Position numbers and translations under genes: made by a program. Shown here piece by piece: positions 1-8,320 of a DNA stretch of 64,000 nucleotides. Source of the stretch: an uncultured Lentisphaeria bacterium (GTDB taxonomy: Bacteria > Verrucomicrobiota > Lentisphaeria > Victivallales > UBA1829); contig CAJKAR010000014.1 in NCBI GenBank assembly GCA_905197955.1, positions 15,465 to 79,464 on the forward strand, written 5' to 3'. Every line of letters begins with the position of its first letter. Position 1 is the first letter of the stretch. The notes below the pieces were generated by a model, which was not told the DNA's origin, ran no database searches, and saw nothing but the letters and a program-made list of their open reading frames with translations.

Positions 1-285
1 AACCAGATCGAAGCCGCCCGTGTGGCGATTACCCGTCACATGAAACGCCGCGGTAAAGTCTGGATCAGGGTTTTCCCCTACAAGCCGTACACCAAGAAGC
101 CCTTGGAAGTTCGTATGGGTAAGGGAAAAGGAAACGTGGAATACTGGGTTGCGCCCATCAAGCCGGGAAGAATGCTCTTCGAGGTGAGTGGATGCACGGA
201 AAACGTTGCGAAGGAAGCGATGAGCCTCGCCGCAGCGAAACTTCCGATTAAATGCAAATTCATCATGCGTCAGCATGCTGTTTGA
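1..285 (+). CDS. rplP: 50S ribosomal protein L16, 5'-partial (runs off window start)
   Basis: Frame 1 is open from base 1 ([62 protein letters not shown]...), the conserved L16 C-terminal core. It lies directly upstream of L29-S17-L14 in canonical order. Confidence 0.95.
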   Translation, partial: NQIEAARVAITRHMKRRGKVWIRVFPYKPYTKKPLEVRMGKGKGNVEYWVAPIKPGRMLFEVSGCTENVAKEAMSLAAAKLPIKCKFIMRQHAV

Positions 286-298
286 CGGAGATTTGCAA

Positions 299-499
299 AT
301 GAAGATGAAAGAAGTCAAAGAACTGACAGCGGAAGAGCTTGAGAACAAGATTGCGGAACTCCGCAAAGAGCACTTCACTCTCCGTCAGCAGTCCAAGACG
401 GGAACACTTGAGAAGCCCGCGCAGCTGAAGAACGTGCGCCGGGACATCGCAAGATGTTTGACGGAACAGAAAATCAGGGGCGCTGCTGTGCAGGCCTGA
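299..499 (+). CDS. rpmC: 50S ribosomal protein L29
   Basis: MKMKEVKELTAEELENKIAELRKEHFTLRQQ is the typical L29 N-terminus. ATG 299 is preferred over ORF-track start 275 because GGAG lies 8 nt upstream. Confidence 0.9.
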   Translation: MKMKEVKELTAEELENKIAELRKEHFTLRQQSKTGTLEKPAQLKNVRRDIARCLTEQKIRGAAVQA

Positions 500-528
500 T
501 GAACAGAGAATAAAATAGGAATTGTGCT

Positions 529-813
529 ATGAATGAAGAGAACAGCAGCGCGCCGCAGGTAGAACGCGGTAACCGCAAGCACAGAGTCGGCATCGTGGTC
601 AGCGACGTTCAGAACAAGACCATCGTCGTCGAAGTTCAGCGCAGAGCGGCGCACAAGAAATACAAGAAGGTCGTAAAAGTCCGTACGCGCTATGCCGTGC
701 ACGACGAGACGAATCAGGCGAAAGTCGGCGACACGGTCAGAATCGGTGAAACCAGGCCCATGAGCAAAATGAAGCGTTGGCGCCTTGAGGAAATAATCAG
801 CCACGCTGAATAA
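529..813 (+). CDS. rpsQ: 30S ribosomal protein S17
   Basis: 94 aa; the motif ...[42 protein letters not shown]...[15 protein letters not shown] and its position after L29 fit S17. Confidence 0.93.
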   Translation: MNEENSSAPQVERGNRKHRVGIVVSDVQNKTIVVEVQRRAAHKKYKKVVKVRTRYAVHDETNQAKVGDTVRIGETRPMSKMKRWRLEEIISHAE

Positions 814-836
814 GCGCGGTTTGGGAGATTACTGCA

Positions 837-1202
837 ATGGTCCAGATGCAATCAAATATGGAAGTTGCCGACAACTCCGGCGCGAAGAGAATCACCGTTA
901 TCACGATTCTCGGCCAGAAGCGTCGTTTTGCGAAAGTCGGCGACATTGTCACAGCCTCTGTCAAGGAAGCGATTCCTGGCGGCGGCGTGAAGAAGGGCGA
1001 CGTCGTGAAGGCTGTGATTGTAAGAACAGCCGCGAAGATTCGTCGCGCGGACGGTTCCTATCTGAGATTTGACGCCAACGCGGCTGTCGTAATCGACGAT
1101 CAGAAGAATCCGAAGGGAACCCGTATTTTCGGCCCTGTCGCACGTGAACTGCGCGACAAGAACTTCATGAAAATCATTTCGCTTGCTCCGGAGGTGCTTT
1201 GA
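837..1202 (+). CDS. rplN: 50S ribosomal protein L14
   Basis: [18 protein letters not shown]... is the canonical L14 N-terminus; 121 aa. Confidence 0.95.
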   Translation: MVQMQSNMEVADNSGAKRITVITILGQKRRFAKVGDIVTASVKEAIPGGGVKKGDVVKAVIVRTAAKIRRADGSYLRFDANAAVVIDDQKNPKGTRIFGPVARELRDKNFMKIISLAPEVL

Positions 1203-1474
1203 TGTTTTCTGAGAAATGCACGAAATCGTATCACGTCAAAAAAGGTGATGTGGTTGAAGTACTGAGCGGCGTATGGAAAAAAGAGACCGGTAAAATCACA
1301 GCCGTCATCAAGAAGACGGACCGTGTTGTTCTTGAGATCCAGAGCGTTGCGGCAGACAAGCTTGCCGAGCGCGTTGGCAAAAAGACGATCAAGAAATCCC
1401 AGGCCAATCCGAAAGGCGGTCTTGTGGAGAGATCTGTTTCGGTCCATGTTTCTAACGTCAGGAAGAAAGACTGA
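1202..1474 (+). CDS. rplX: 50S ribosomal protein L24
   Basis: KOW-type motif [24 protein letters not shown] 1202 overlaps the rplN stop (TGATG) with GGAGG 7 nt upstream; the ORF track begins one codon earlier at TTG 1199. Confidence 0.9.
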   Translation: MFSEKCTKSYHVKKGDVVEVLSGVWKKETGKITAVIKKTDRVVLEIQSVAADKLAERVGKKTIKKSQANPKGGLVERSVSVHVSNVRKKD

Positions 1475-1488
1475 TCGGAGAATAAACT

Positions 1489-2025
1489 ATGCCTGACATG
1501 AAGAAAAAATACAATGAGGAAGTAGTGCCGGCTCTCAAAGCGAAGCTCGGTATTACCAATATTATGCGGGTTCCGAAACTTCAGAAGATTGTTCTGAGCA
1601 TCGGAATCAGCTCCAAAATGGAAAAAGACGCGCTTGCGGAAGCCCGCAACCATCTTACCGCTCTTGCGGGACAGGCTCCTGTTGTCTGCAAAGCGAAGAA
1701 GAACGTTGCCGGATTCAAACTGCGCGTTGGAATGCCCGTCGGTCTGATGGTCACGCTCCGCGGCAAGAAGATGTACGATTTCCTTGACAGATTCGTTCAC
1801 AATGCTCTTCCGCGAGTCAGAGACTTCCGCGGTGTTCCGAACAAGGGATTCGACGGAGTGGGGAATTACAACCTCGGCGTGCCCGATGTTTCCATCTTTA
1901 CCGAAGTCGATCTGGAAAAGATCAAATATCCCCTGGGATTGAACTTAACAATGGTGACCAGCGCGCCGAACGATGCGGAAGCAAAAGAACTGCTCGCGAT
2001 GCTGGAAGTCCCGTTTGCGCACTGA
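1489..2025 (+). CDS. rplE: 50S ribosomal protein L5
   Basis: 178 aa; LKAKLGITNIMRVPKLQKIVLSIGI... and FRGV...FDGVGNYNLG are typical L5 motifs. Confidence 0.95.
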   Translation: MPDMKKKYNEEVVPALKAKLGITNIMRVPKLQKIVLSIGISSKMEKDALAEARNHLTALAGQAPVVCKAKKNVAGFKLRVGMPVGLMVTLRGKKMYDFLDRFVHNALPRVRDFRGVPNKGFDGVGNYNLGVPDVSIFTEVDLEKIKYPLGLNLTMVTSAPNDAEAKELLAMLEVPFAH

Positions 2026-2039
2026 GAGGAGAATAGAAC

Positions 2040-2225
2040 ATGGCCAGAAAAAGTCTTATAGCCAAGCAGAAGCGCGGAAATAAGTTCCAGGTCCGGAACT
2101 ACAACCGCTGCCAGGCTTGCGGCAGACCTCGCGCATACATCCGCAAATTCAAACTTTGCCGTATCTGCTTCAGAGAGATGGCCCTGAACGGTCAGATCCC
2201 TGGCATTGTGAAGGCAAGCTGGTGA
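2040..2225 (+). CDS. rpsN: 30S ribosomal protein S14, short zinc-ribbon (type Z) form
   Basis: 61 aa with [10 protein letters not shown]...CRICFRE (four Cys) and a C-terminal KASW. Confidence 0.93.
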   Translation: MARKSLIAKQKRGNKFQVRNYNRCQACGRPRAYIRKFKLCRICFREMALNGQIPGIVKASW

Positions 2226-2241
2226 AAGGTGGAATCAGAAA

Positions 2242-2634
2242 ATGAGTATGCAGGATCCTATATCAGATATGTTGACCCGTCTGCGTAACGGCGGAATGTC
2301 AATGCAGAAGGAAGTTTCCATGCCCGCGTCGAAGATGAAATCCGCGATCGCCAAGGTTCTCCTTGACGAAGGATACATTGCCGGCTACCGCGTGGAAGGG
2401 GATGTCAAGAAAACGTTGACAATCGAAATGAAATATCATATGCGTCGTCCGGTGATCGAAGGTCTGGAAAGAGTAAGCAAACCTTCCTGCCGTCTCTATT
2501 GCGGCTGCAAAGAGATTCCGCGCGTCAAGGATGGACTCGGAATTGCCATTCTGTCCTCGCCGAAAGGCATCCTCAGCGGAAAAGATGCACAGAAACAGAA
2601 TGTCGGCGGAGAAGTTCTCTGCTACGTCTGGTGA
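2242..2634 (+). CDS. rpsH: 30S ribosomal protein S8
   Basis: MSMQDPISDMLTRLRNG... is the canonical S8 start; 130 aa. Confidence 0.95.
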   Translation: MSMQDPISDMLTRLRNGGMSMQKEVSMPASKMKSAIAKVLLDEGYIAGYRVEGDVKKTLTIEMKYHMRRPVIEGLERVSKPSCRLYCGCKEIPRVKDGLGIAILSSPKGILSGKDAQKQNVGGEVLCYVW

Positions 2635-2652
2635 TGAAACGAGGTATTGAAG

Positions 2653-3189
2653 ATGTCTAGAATCGGAAATAAGCCGGTCGCAATCACACCGGACGTTAAA
2701 GTCGCGGTCGCAGACGGCGTCGTGAATGTCGAAGGCAAGCTGGGCAAGCTCAGCTTCACGCTTCCTCCTCACGTCGGAGCGACGGTCGAAGGCTCTGAAG
2801 TTCACGTCAAATGTCTTGACGATGCGGATAACGCAAGCGCTCTCCATGGACTTTCGAGAAGCCTGATCAACAACATGGTCATTGGTGTCTCCCAGGGCTA
2901 CCGCAAAGAGCTCCAGATCGTCGGAGTCGGTTACAAAGCGACTCTCGCCGGCAAGAAGCTCACGCTCAATCTCGGGTATTCCCATCCGATCGAATACATG
3001 ATTCCCGACGGGGTCAAAGTCACCGTCACGGATGGTGTCAAAGTCCTGGTCGAAGGGACCGATAAACAGCTTGTCGGCGAAGTCGCCGCACGGATCAGAC
3101 GCTATAAGAAGCCTGAACCCTACAAGGGCAAAGGCGTCAGATACTCCGACGAGCATGTTGTTATCAAGCCCGGCAAGACCAACGCGTAA
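2653..3189 (+). CDS. rplF: 50S ribosomal protein L6
   Basis: MSRIGNKPV... is the L6 N-terminus. ATG 2653 is preferred to the track's TTG 2647 because GAGG lies 7 nt upstream. Confidence 0.92.
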   Translation: MSRIGNKPVAITPDVKVAVADGVVNVEGKLGKLSFTLPPHVGATVEGSEVHVKCLDDADNASALHGLSRSLINNMVIGVSQGYRKELQIVGVGYKATLAGKKLTLNLGYSHPIEYMIPDGVKVTVTDGVKVLVEGTDKQLVGEVAARIRRYKKPEPYKGKGVRYSDEHVVIKPGKTNA

Positions 3190-3205
3190 TGAAAGGGTTT
3201 GAATC

Positions 3206-3562
3206 ATGAAAACAGCAAAAGAACAGAGAATCAAACGTCATATGAGAGTACGCGGCAAGATTGCCGGTACCGCCGCGAGACCCCGTCTCTGCGTCAGCCT
3301 GACGGCGAACAATATGTACGTTCAGTTTATCGATGATGACGCGGGCAGAACTCTTGCCACCGCTTCCACACTCGGAGCTGATTTCAAGGCTCTCAACCTG
3401 AAGCGGAATGTCGAAGCCGCTGCCGCACTTGGCAAACTCGCCGGGGAAAAAGCGGTTGCGATCGGCATCAGCGAGGTTGTCTTCGATAGAAGCGGACACA
3501 AATATCACGGCAGAATCAAAGCAGTGGCCGACGCCGCTCGCGCTGCCGGACTTAAGTTCTAA
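3206..3562 (+). CDS. rplR: 50S ribosomal protein L18
   Basis: 118 aa; [12 protein letters not shown]...RPRLCV..., a C-terminal ...[26 protein letters not shown] and its position fit L18. Confidence 0.93.
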   Translation: MKTAKEQRIKRHMRVRGKIAGTAARPRLCVSLTANNMYVQFIDDDAGRTLATASTLGADFKALNLKRNVEAAAALGKLAGEKAVAIGISEVVFDRSGHKYHGRIKAVADAARAAGLKF

Positions 3563-3573
3563 CGGAGTCTAAC

Positions 3574-4122
3574 ATGACAGTCGAAAAACAGAATATTGAA
3601 GAAAAGGCCGTGGAGGAAGTTGATCTTTCTTCCCTCACACCGGCAGCCGCCTCCGGCGAAATGGAGGAGGTCGTCCTCAGCATCAACCGTTGCTCCAAGG
3701 TTGTCAAGGGCGGCAGAAATTTCTCCTTCGGCGCCCTCGTGGTCGTCGGTGACAGAAACGGCAAAGTCGGTTACGGCTACGGCAAAGCAAACGAAGTTTC
3801 CGATGCGATTCGAAAAGCACAGGAAGCCGCGAAAAAGCATCTTGTTACGATTCCCCGTTTCGGAACCACCATTCCGCATACCGTGACTGCGAAGTTCAGC
3901 GGATCGAAGATTCTGCTCCGGCCCGCATCCGCCGGTACTGGTGTGATCGCCGGCGGCGCAATGCGCGCCGTCCTTGACCTCGCCGGTATTGTTGACGTAC
4001 TTGGAAAATCTCTCGGTTCCGGCAATCCCGCAAACGTTGTGAAGGCGACCTTCAAAGCCATCGAACAGATGCGCTCCAAGAACGAGGTCCTGACCAAACG
4101 CGGACTTGTCAAAGCCGAATAA
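3574..4122 (+). CDS. rpsE: 30S ribosomal protein S5
   Basis: [33 protein letters not shown] is the S5 signature. Confidence 0.95.
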   Translation: MTVEKQNIEEKAVEEVDLSSLTPAAASGEMEEVVLSINRCSKVVKGGRNFSFGALVVVGDRNGKVGYGYGKANEVSDAIRKAQEAAKKHLVTIPRFGTTIPHTVTAKFSGSKILLRPASAGTGVIAGGAMRAVLDLAGIVDVLGKSLGSGNPANVVKATFKAIEQMRSKNEVLTKRGLVKAE

Positions 4123-4138
4123 GGAAGGAAATCTTACC

Positions 4139-4582
4139 ATGAAATTGCATGAACTTGCTCCGACACCCGGTTCCAAAAAGCGCCGGATGAGAGTCGGAAG
4201 AGGAGATGGATCCAACTGGGGCGGAACCGCAGGACGCGGTCATAAAGGCCAGAAATCCCGTACCGGTGCCGCAATCAGACATCACTTCGAAGGCGGTCAG
4301 ACCCCGACATTCCGTCGGATTCCGAAACGCGGCTTCAACAGCGGCGTCAAGGAGGTCTTCAACGTGATCAACGTTTCCACACTCGCTGCATCCTTCAAGG
4401 CGGGCGACGTGGTCGATGACAAGGCGATTCGCATGGCCGGACTGATCGGCAAGGCCGAGGCTCCTCTCAAGATCCTCGGAAACGGCGAAATCGCGATTGC
4501 TCTCACGGTCAAAGCCAACAAGTTCTCCGCTGCTGCCAAGGCAAAAATCGAGGCCGCCGGCGGAAAATGTGAAACCGTCTGA
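4139..4582 (+). CDS. rplO: 50S ribosomal protein L15
   Basis: MKLHELAPTPGSKKRRMRVGRG...GRGHKGQKSR is the L15 N-terminus. ATG 4139 is preferred to track start 4106 because AAGGAAGGA lies upstream. It follows rpsE directly, with no L30 gene between. Confidence 0.92.
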   Translation: MKLHELAPTPGSKKRRMRVGRGDGSNWGGTAGRGHKGQKSRTGAAIRHHFEGGQTPTFRRIPKRGFNSGVKEVFNVINVSTLAASFKAGDVVDDKAIRMAGLIGKAEAPLKILGNGEIAIALTVKANKFSAAAKAKIEAAGGKCETV

Positions 4583-4595
4583 AAAGACGGTTTTT
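4572..4595 (+). terminator. Terminator/attenuator-like hairpin overlapping the rplO stop codon
   Basis: AAACCGTC (4572-4579) pairs with GACGGTTT (4586-4593), a 6-nt loop contains the TGA stop, and TT follows. A 167-nt spacer precedes secY, which is atypically long for this operon. Confidence 0.4.
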
Positions 4596-4749
4596 CCCGC
4601 TTCGTTCTTTATTCATGAGGCAATTTGCAAAATACCTCGGAAGTGGAACTGGTTTTTTGCGGGTGTGCGTTCCTTCCGGACCGTTCACCCCAAAAGACCG
4701 TCTTCTCCGGATGTTTTGAAATTGGCTCTCTTAAAAGGGGACAGCCAAG

Positions 4750-6120
4750 ATGTTTTCAGCGTTTGTCAACGCATTCAAAATAAAAGAGCTGAGAAAAAAG
4801 ATTTTCTTCACAGCCGGCGTTATCGTCCTGTGCAGAATCGCTGCCAACATCCCGTGTCCGGGGGTTGACACCAAAAATCTTAAAACATACTTTGACAGCT
4901 TCGGCGCGGATTCCGCCGCCGGACAGTTCATGGGTATGTTTGATCTTTTCAGCGGAGGCGCTCTGCAGCAGTTCGCAATCGGCGCCCTCGGTATTATGCC
5001 GTACATCTCTGCATCCATTATCATGCAGCTGCTTGTACCGGTGGTTCCGTCTCTTGAGAAGCTTTCCAGAGAAGGGGAAGTCGGGCGGGGAAGAATCAAT
5101 CAGTATACTCGTTATCTCACCATTTTAATCTGTATCGTTCAGGGCGCCATGGCTGCTGTTGCCATGGGAAATCCCAGCAATCTCGGGCTTCCGGCTCCTG
5201 ACCCCGGCGCTCCGCTGGTCACAAATCCGGGACTCGGTTTTATTCTGATGTCTGTCTGCATTCTGACCGCGGGTACCATGATCCTTGTATGGCTTGGGGA
5301 AAGAATTACGGAACATGGAATCGGAAATGGTGTCTCGATCATTATTACCATCAATATCATTGAGCGTCTTCCGCAGGCGCTTGTCGGATTGTATGAAATG
5401 ATGGTCAGCGGCGCAACGGCCGGTGGTACCAGATTCCGTCTGGTGCATCTGTTTATCCTCTTCATGCTCTTTGTCGCGGTGACGGCTCTTACCGTTATCC
5501 TGACTCAGGGACAGCGGAGAATTCCAATTCAGATGGCTAAGAAAATTGTCGGAAGCAAAATGACCGGCGGCAGCACCTACATCCCCTTGAAAGTGAATTT
5601 CCCCGGCGTTATGCCGATCATTTTCGCAGGCGCGATCCTGATTTTCCCGGGAATCCTTCTCCGGGCAATTCCGGTTCCCTCCATTCAGCGGCTCGCTGTT
5701 TATTTCGGTCATGATACATATACATACATGGTGTGTTATGCTCTTCTGATTCTGATATTCTCGTATTTCTGGGTCGCCAATATGTTCAATCCGCTTCAGG
5801 TTGCTGATAATCTGAAGAAAGAAGGCGCGTATATCCCCGGAATTCGTCCCGGAAAACCAACTTCGGATTTCCTCGATTTCTCGATGACGCGCGTTACATT
5901 CGCTGGTGCTTTGTTCCTTCTCGGGCTGGCCATCATTCCGATGCTGCTCTACAAATGGTTCAAAATCCCCTACAATGTGGCATCCTTCTTCGGCGGAACG
6001 AGCTTGTTGATTATTGTCGGTGTGACGATCGACACTCTGAGCCAGATGGAATCTCATCTTGTTATGCGTAATTACGATGGATTCCTCAAACGGGGAAGAT
6101 TGAGAAGCCGGAGAGGCTGA
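4750..6120 (+). CDS. secY: Preprotein translocase subunit SecY
   Basis: 456 aa, multi-TM; motifs GIMPYISASIIMQLL and ...GGTSLLIIVGV and its position after rplO fit SecY. Confidence 0.95.
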   Translation: MFSAFVNAFKIKELRKKIFFTAGVIVLCRIAANIPCPGVDTKNLKTYFDSFGADSAAGQFMGMFDLFSGGALQQFAIGALGIMPYISASIIMQLLVPVVPSLEKLSREGEVGRGRINQYTRYLTILICIVQGAMAAVAMGNPSNLGLPAPDPGAPLVTNPGLGFILMSVCILTAGTMILVWLGERITEHGIGNGVSIIITINIIERLPQALVGLYEMMVSGATAGGTRFRLVHLFILFMLFVAVTALTVILTQGQRRIPIQMAKKIVGSKMTGGSTYIPLKVNFPGVMPIIFAGAILIFPGILLRAIPVPSIQRLAVYFGHDTYTYMVCYALLILIFSYFWVANMFNPLQVADNLKKEGAYIPGIRPGKPTSDFLDFSMTRVTFAGALFLLGLAIIPMLLYKWFKIPYNVASFFGGTSLLIIVGVTIDTLSQMESHLVMRNYDGFLKRGRLRSRRG

Positions 6121-6141
6121 TTCATTCTTACACTGCATTTT

Positions 6142-6169
6142 AAGCCGTCCTTCGGGACGGCTTTTTTTG
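6142..6169 (+). terminator. Rho-independent terminator after secY
   Basis: AAGCCGTCC-TTCG-GGACGGCTT is a 9-bp stem with a tetraloop, followed by TTTTTTT. Confidence 0.8.
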
Positions 6170-6192
6170 TCCTGTTGAATACTGAAAAACAG

Positions 6193-6270
6193 GATTTCGC
6201 CCGTTGGGCGCCCAGCTTGTTCAGCTGGACCGAAGCAGGTCACGGACCTGCACCGAGCCTGACGGCTCTC
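6193..6270. repeat. 78-nt GC-rich multi-hairpin repeat, copy 1
   Basis: 75/78 identical to 6387-6464. It contains four consecutive short hairpins: CGCCC-GTT-GGGCG, CCAGCT-TGTTC-AGCTGG, GCAGGTC-ACG-GACCTGC and GAGCC-TGAC-GGCTC. Confidence 0.85.
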
Positions 6271-6386
6271 CAGAAATACGGAAAAATGCGCGAGCATTTT
6301 TCTCGGGTCAAGGACAGTGTCCTTGTCGCGGTCCAGCGGCGAGACGCTGGTCGTGCGGAGCACGAAACAAAGTACGCAATACATAA

Positions 6387-6464
6387 GATTTCGCCCGTTG
6401 GGCGCCCAGCTTATTCAGCTGGACCGAAGCAGGTCACGGACCTGCACCGAGCCTTTCGGCTCTC
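6387..6464. repeat. 78-nt GC-rich multi-hairpin repeat, copy 2
   Basis: Direct repeat of 6193-6270. The three substitutions (G>A in loop 2, GA>TT in loop 4) all fall in hairpin loops. Confidence 0.85.
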
Positions 6465-6624
6465 TTGAACTACTAAACCTTCGCTTTGTGCTGTATTCTG
6501 CGGATGTTTTTTACTTTTCCAAATATTTTTTTATTTTTTTGAATGTTTTTTCTGGTTATAAGAAGATCTTTCCTTTGAAAAATGGAATATATTGTCGTAA
6601 AAACTTTAAAGGGAAAGGATAAAA

Positions 6625-7518
6625 ATGAAGGTATTTCAGGTAGATCAACACGCGGACAGCTTTCTGCCCGAGGACAAAAACTGGCAACTTGTTTGGAGTG
6701 ATGAGTTTGATGGAACGGAACTGGATCGTTCAAAATGGGGCTTCCGACTTAATTTCTGGGGGAAACGTTTTCCTGCTTTCACCGAGGAAGGCGTAGTTCT
6801 TGACGGCAAGAGTCATCTTCAGCTCCATCTGATCAAAAAGGATGGCCTCTATTGCTCTCCGCATCTTCAGACCGCTTCTCTTACTTATGACATACCGAGA
6901 GATACTTCCGGAATCTGGCCGTTCGGCAAACTGGAAAAACCAAGATTCCTGCATCGGTTCGGATATTATGAAATCCGCTGCCGTCTTCCGAAATGCGATG
7001 GCTGGCACTCTGCCTTCTGGCTTCAGGCTCCGGGCGTTGGATCGCACCCGGACCCGAAGTATGCAGGGGTTGAATGCGATATCATGGAAAATTATCGTCA
7101 GTACAAGGATGGAAAAATCATCGGAGGAAATCTCTGGGGTGGTTACGGAAAGGATTATCAGGGCTCCGGACACTTCTCCTGGGATTGGAAAGAAACCGAA
7201 GACGGTTGGCATTACTACGGCGTCGATTGGAGTCGCGAAGGCTACCGTTTCTATGCGGATCGGAAATTGATCGGCACAGTTGTTCCTCCGGAAAAAGCCT
7301 TCCTGAAAAACGCTGTCAAAGAAAAAGAGGATGCCAACTGGCTGAAAGAAGGAAGTGTTTCTGTCGGCCCCGTTTCGGAAACGGAACAGTTCATTCTCAT
7401 CTCCACGGAGTGCCACGGATATCGGGAAAAGGGAACCTATGATCCCCTCCTGGAAAAAGCGATCCTGCCGGATTACTTTGAAATCGACCATGTCCGTGTT
7501 TTCGACGCAATTCCGTAA
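6625..7518 (+). CDS. Glycoside hydrolase family 16 (beta-glucanase/laminarinase-like)
   Basis: WQLVWSDEFDG..LD.SKW, FGYYEIRCRLPK..GWHSAFWL and the catalytic ExDxxE motif (GVECDIME). No obvious N-terminal signal peptide. Confidence 0.8.
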   Translation: MKVFQVDQHADSFLPEDKNWQLVWSDEFDGTELDRSKWGFRLNFWGKRFPAFTEEGVVLDGKSHLQLHLIKKDGLYCSPHLQTASLTYDIPRDTSGIWPFGKLEKPRFLHRFGYYEIRCRLPKCDGWHSAFWLQAPGVGSHPDPKYAGVECDIMENYRQYKDGKIIGGNLWGGYGKDYQGSGHFSWDWKETEDGWHYYGVDWSREGYRFYADRKLIGTVVPPEKAFLKNAVKEKEDANWLKEGSVSVGPVSETEQFILISTECHGYREKGTYDPLLEKAILPDYFEIDHVRVFDAIP

Positions 7519-7556
7519 CAGGGAAACTCCGCCACCGTATAAACAAAAATCCTGAC

Positions 7557-7589
7557 TCCTGAATTCCGGATCCCTCCCGGAATTCAGGA
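7557..7589. other. Perfect 13-bp-stem palindromic hairpin flanked by 17/18-nt direct repeats
   Basis: TCCTGAATTCCGG-ATCCCTC-CCGGAATTCAGGA. It is flanked by GTATAAACAAAAATCCT (7537-7553) and GTATAAACAAAAAATCCT (7598-7615). Confidence 0.7.
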
Positions 7590-7888
7590 CATAAAAAGTA
7601 TAAACAAAAAATCCTTCTGACCTCTAAAATGATTTCATACCGCTTGTTCTCTTTTTGCCCTCATATCCTGTAGAATGGGCATCAAGGAGAAATGAGGTCG
7701 GAAATCCTTTTTTCAAACTCTCATGCAGCCTTCAGGAAGGGTGGATTCCTGATTGCGGAGTTCCTCACCAAACGTTTCAAAATCCAGTTTCTTTTCCGGA
7801 AAAATCGAATCTCCGGATTCTTTCCGCGATAAGCATCCCGCAAAGGTTACCTCTCACCGGAACCATCTTTTCCCGTAGAAGACGAGGA

Positions 7889-7922
7889 CAAAAAAAAATC
7901 GGCTCTGTCAAGAGAGCCGATT
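7889..7922 (-). terminator. Rho-independent terminator of rpsO
   Basis: The minus strand reads AATCGGCTCT-CTTGAC-AGAGCCGATT followed by a run of nine T. Confidence 0.85.
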
Positions 7923-7945
7923 CTGCATCGAACAATAAACGCCGA

Positions 7946-8215
7946 TTACTTCTGTCCGCGGATTCCGAGTTCGCTGGAAATCTCGACGAATTTCTCATGA
8001 TTCTCCTTGGAGAGATACTTGAGAAGGCTTTTGCGCTTGCTGACCATTCCGAGCAGTCCTCTGCGGGTGCTGTGGTCTTTCTTGTGGGAGCGCATGTGTT
8101 CTGTGATTTCAGCAATGCGCTGGGAAAGAAGGGCGATCTGGACCTCCGGAGAACCGGTGTCACCTTCTTTGCGGGCGAATTTTCCGATGATTTCTGTCTT
8201 TTTTGCTTTTTCCAT
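7946..8215 (-). CDS. rpsO: 30S ribosomal protein S15
   Basis: 89 aa; GDTGSPEVQIALLSQRIAEITEHMRSHKKDHSTRRGLLGMVSKRKSLLKYL is the S15 signature. Confidence 0.95.
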   Translation of the reverse strand: MEKAKKTEIIGKFARKEGDTGSPEVQIALLSQRIAEITEHMRSHKKDHSTRRGLLGMVSKRKSLLKYLSKENHEKFVEISSELGIRGQK

Positions 8216-8320
8216 GATTTCCGTTATCTTTCCTGAAAAGTTAAAATATCAGTCTCAAGACTTTTAATGTACCACGTTTTCGGGAAATTGCAAATTTAAA
8301 ATTGCTTTTTCCCGAAAAAG

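Noticed and set aside
5125-6384. A 419-aa minus-strand ORF.
   Set aside because: It is antisense to secY and has a low-complexity, Arg/Ser/His-rich translation. secY on the plus strand is certain.
6175-6622. Three small ORFs (97, 60 and 101 aa) covering the duplicated 78-nt element.
   Set aside because: They exist only because the repeat lacks stops. The two repeat copies would be read in different frames, and the sequence is better explained as serial hairpins. See the finding on the repeat.
8277-8319. A long palindromic hairpin (TTTCGGGAA...TTCCCGAAA) between the deacetylase gene and rpsO, considered as an intrinsic terminator.
   Set aside because: On both strands the T-run lies 5' and the A-run lies 3' of the stem, so it lacks the 3' U-tract required for canonical Rho-independent termination. 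It may still be a structural or regulatory element.
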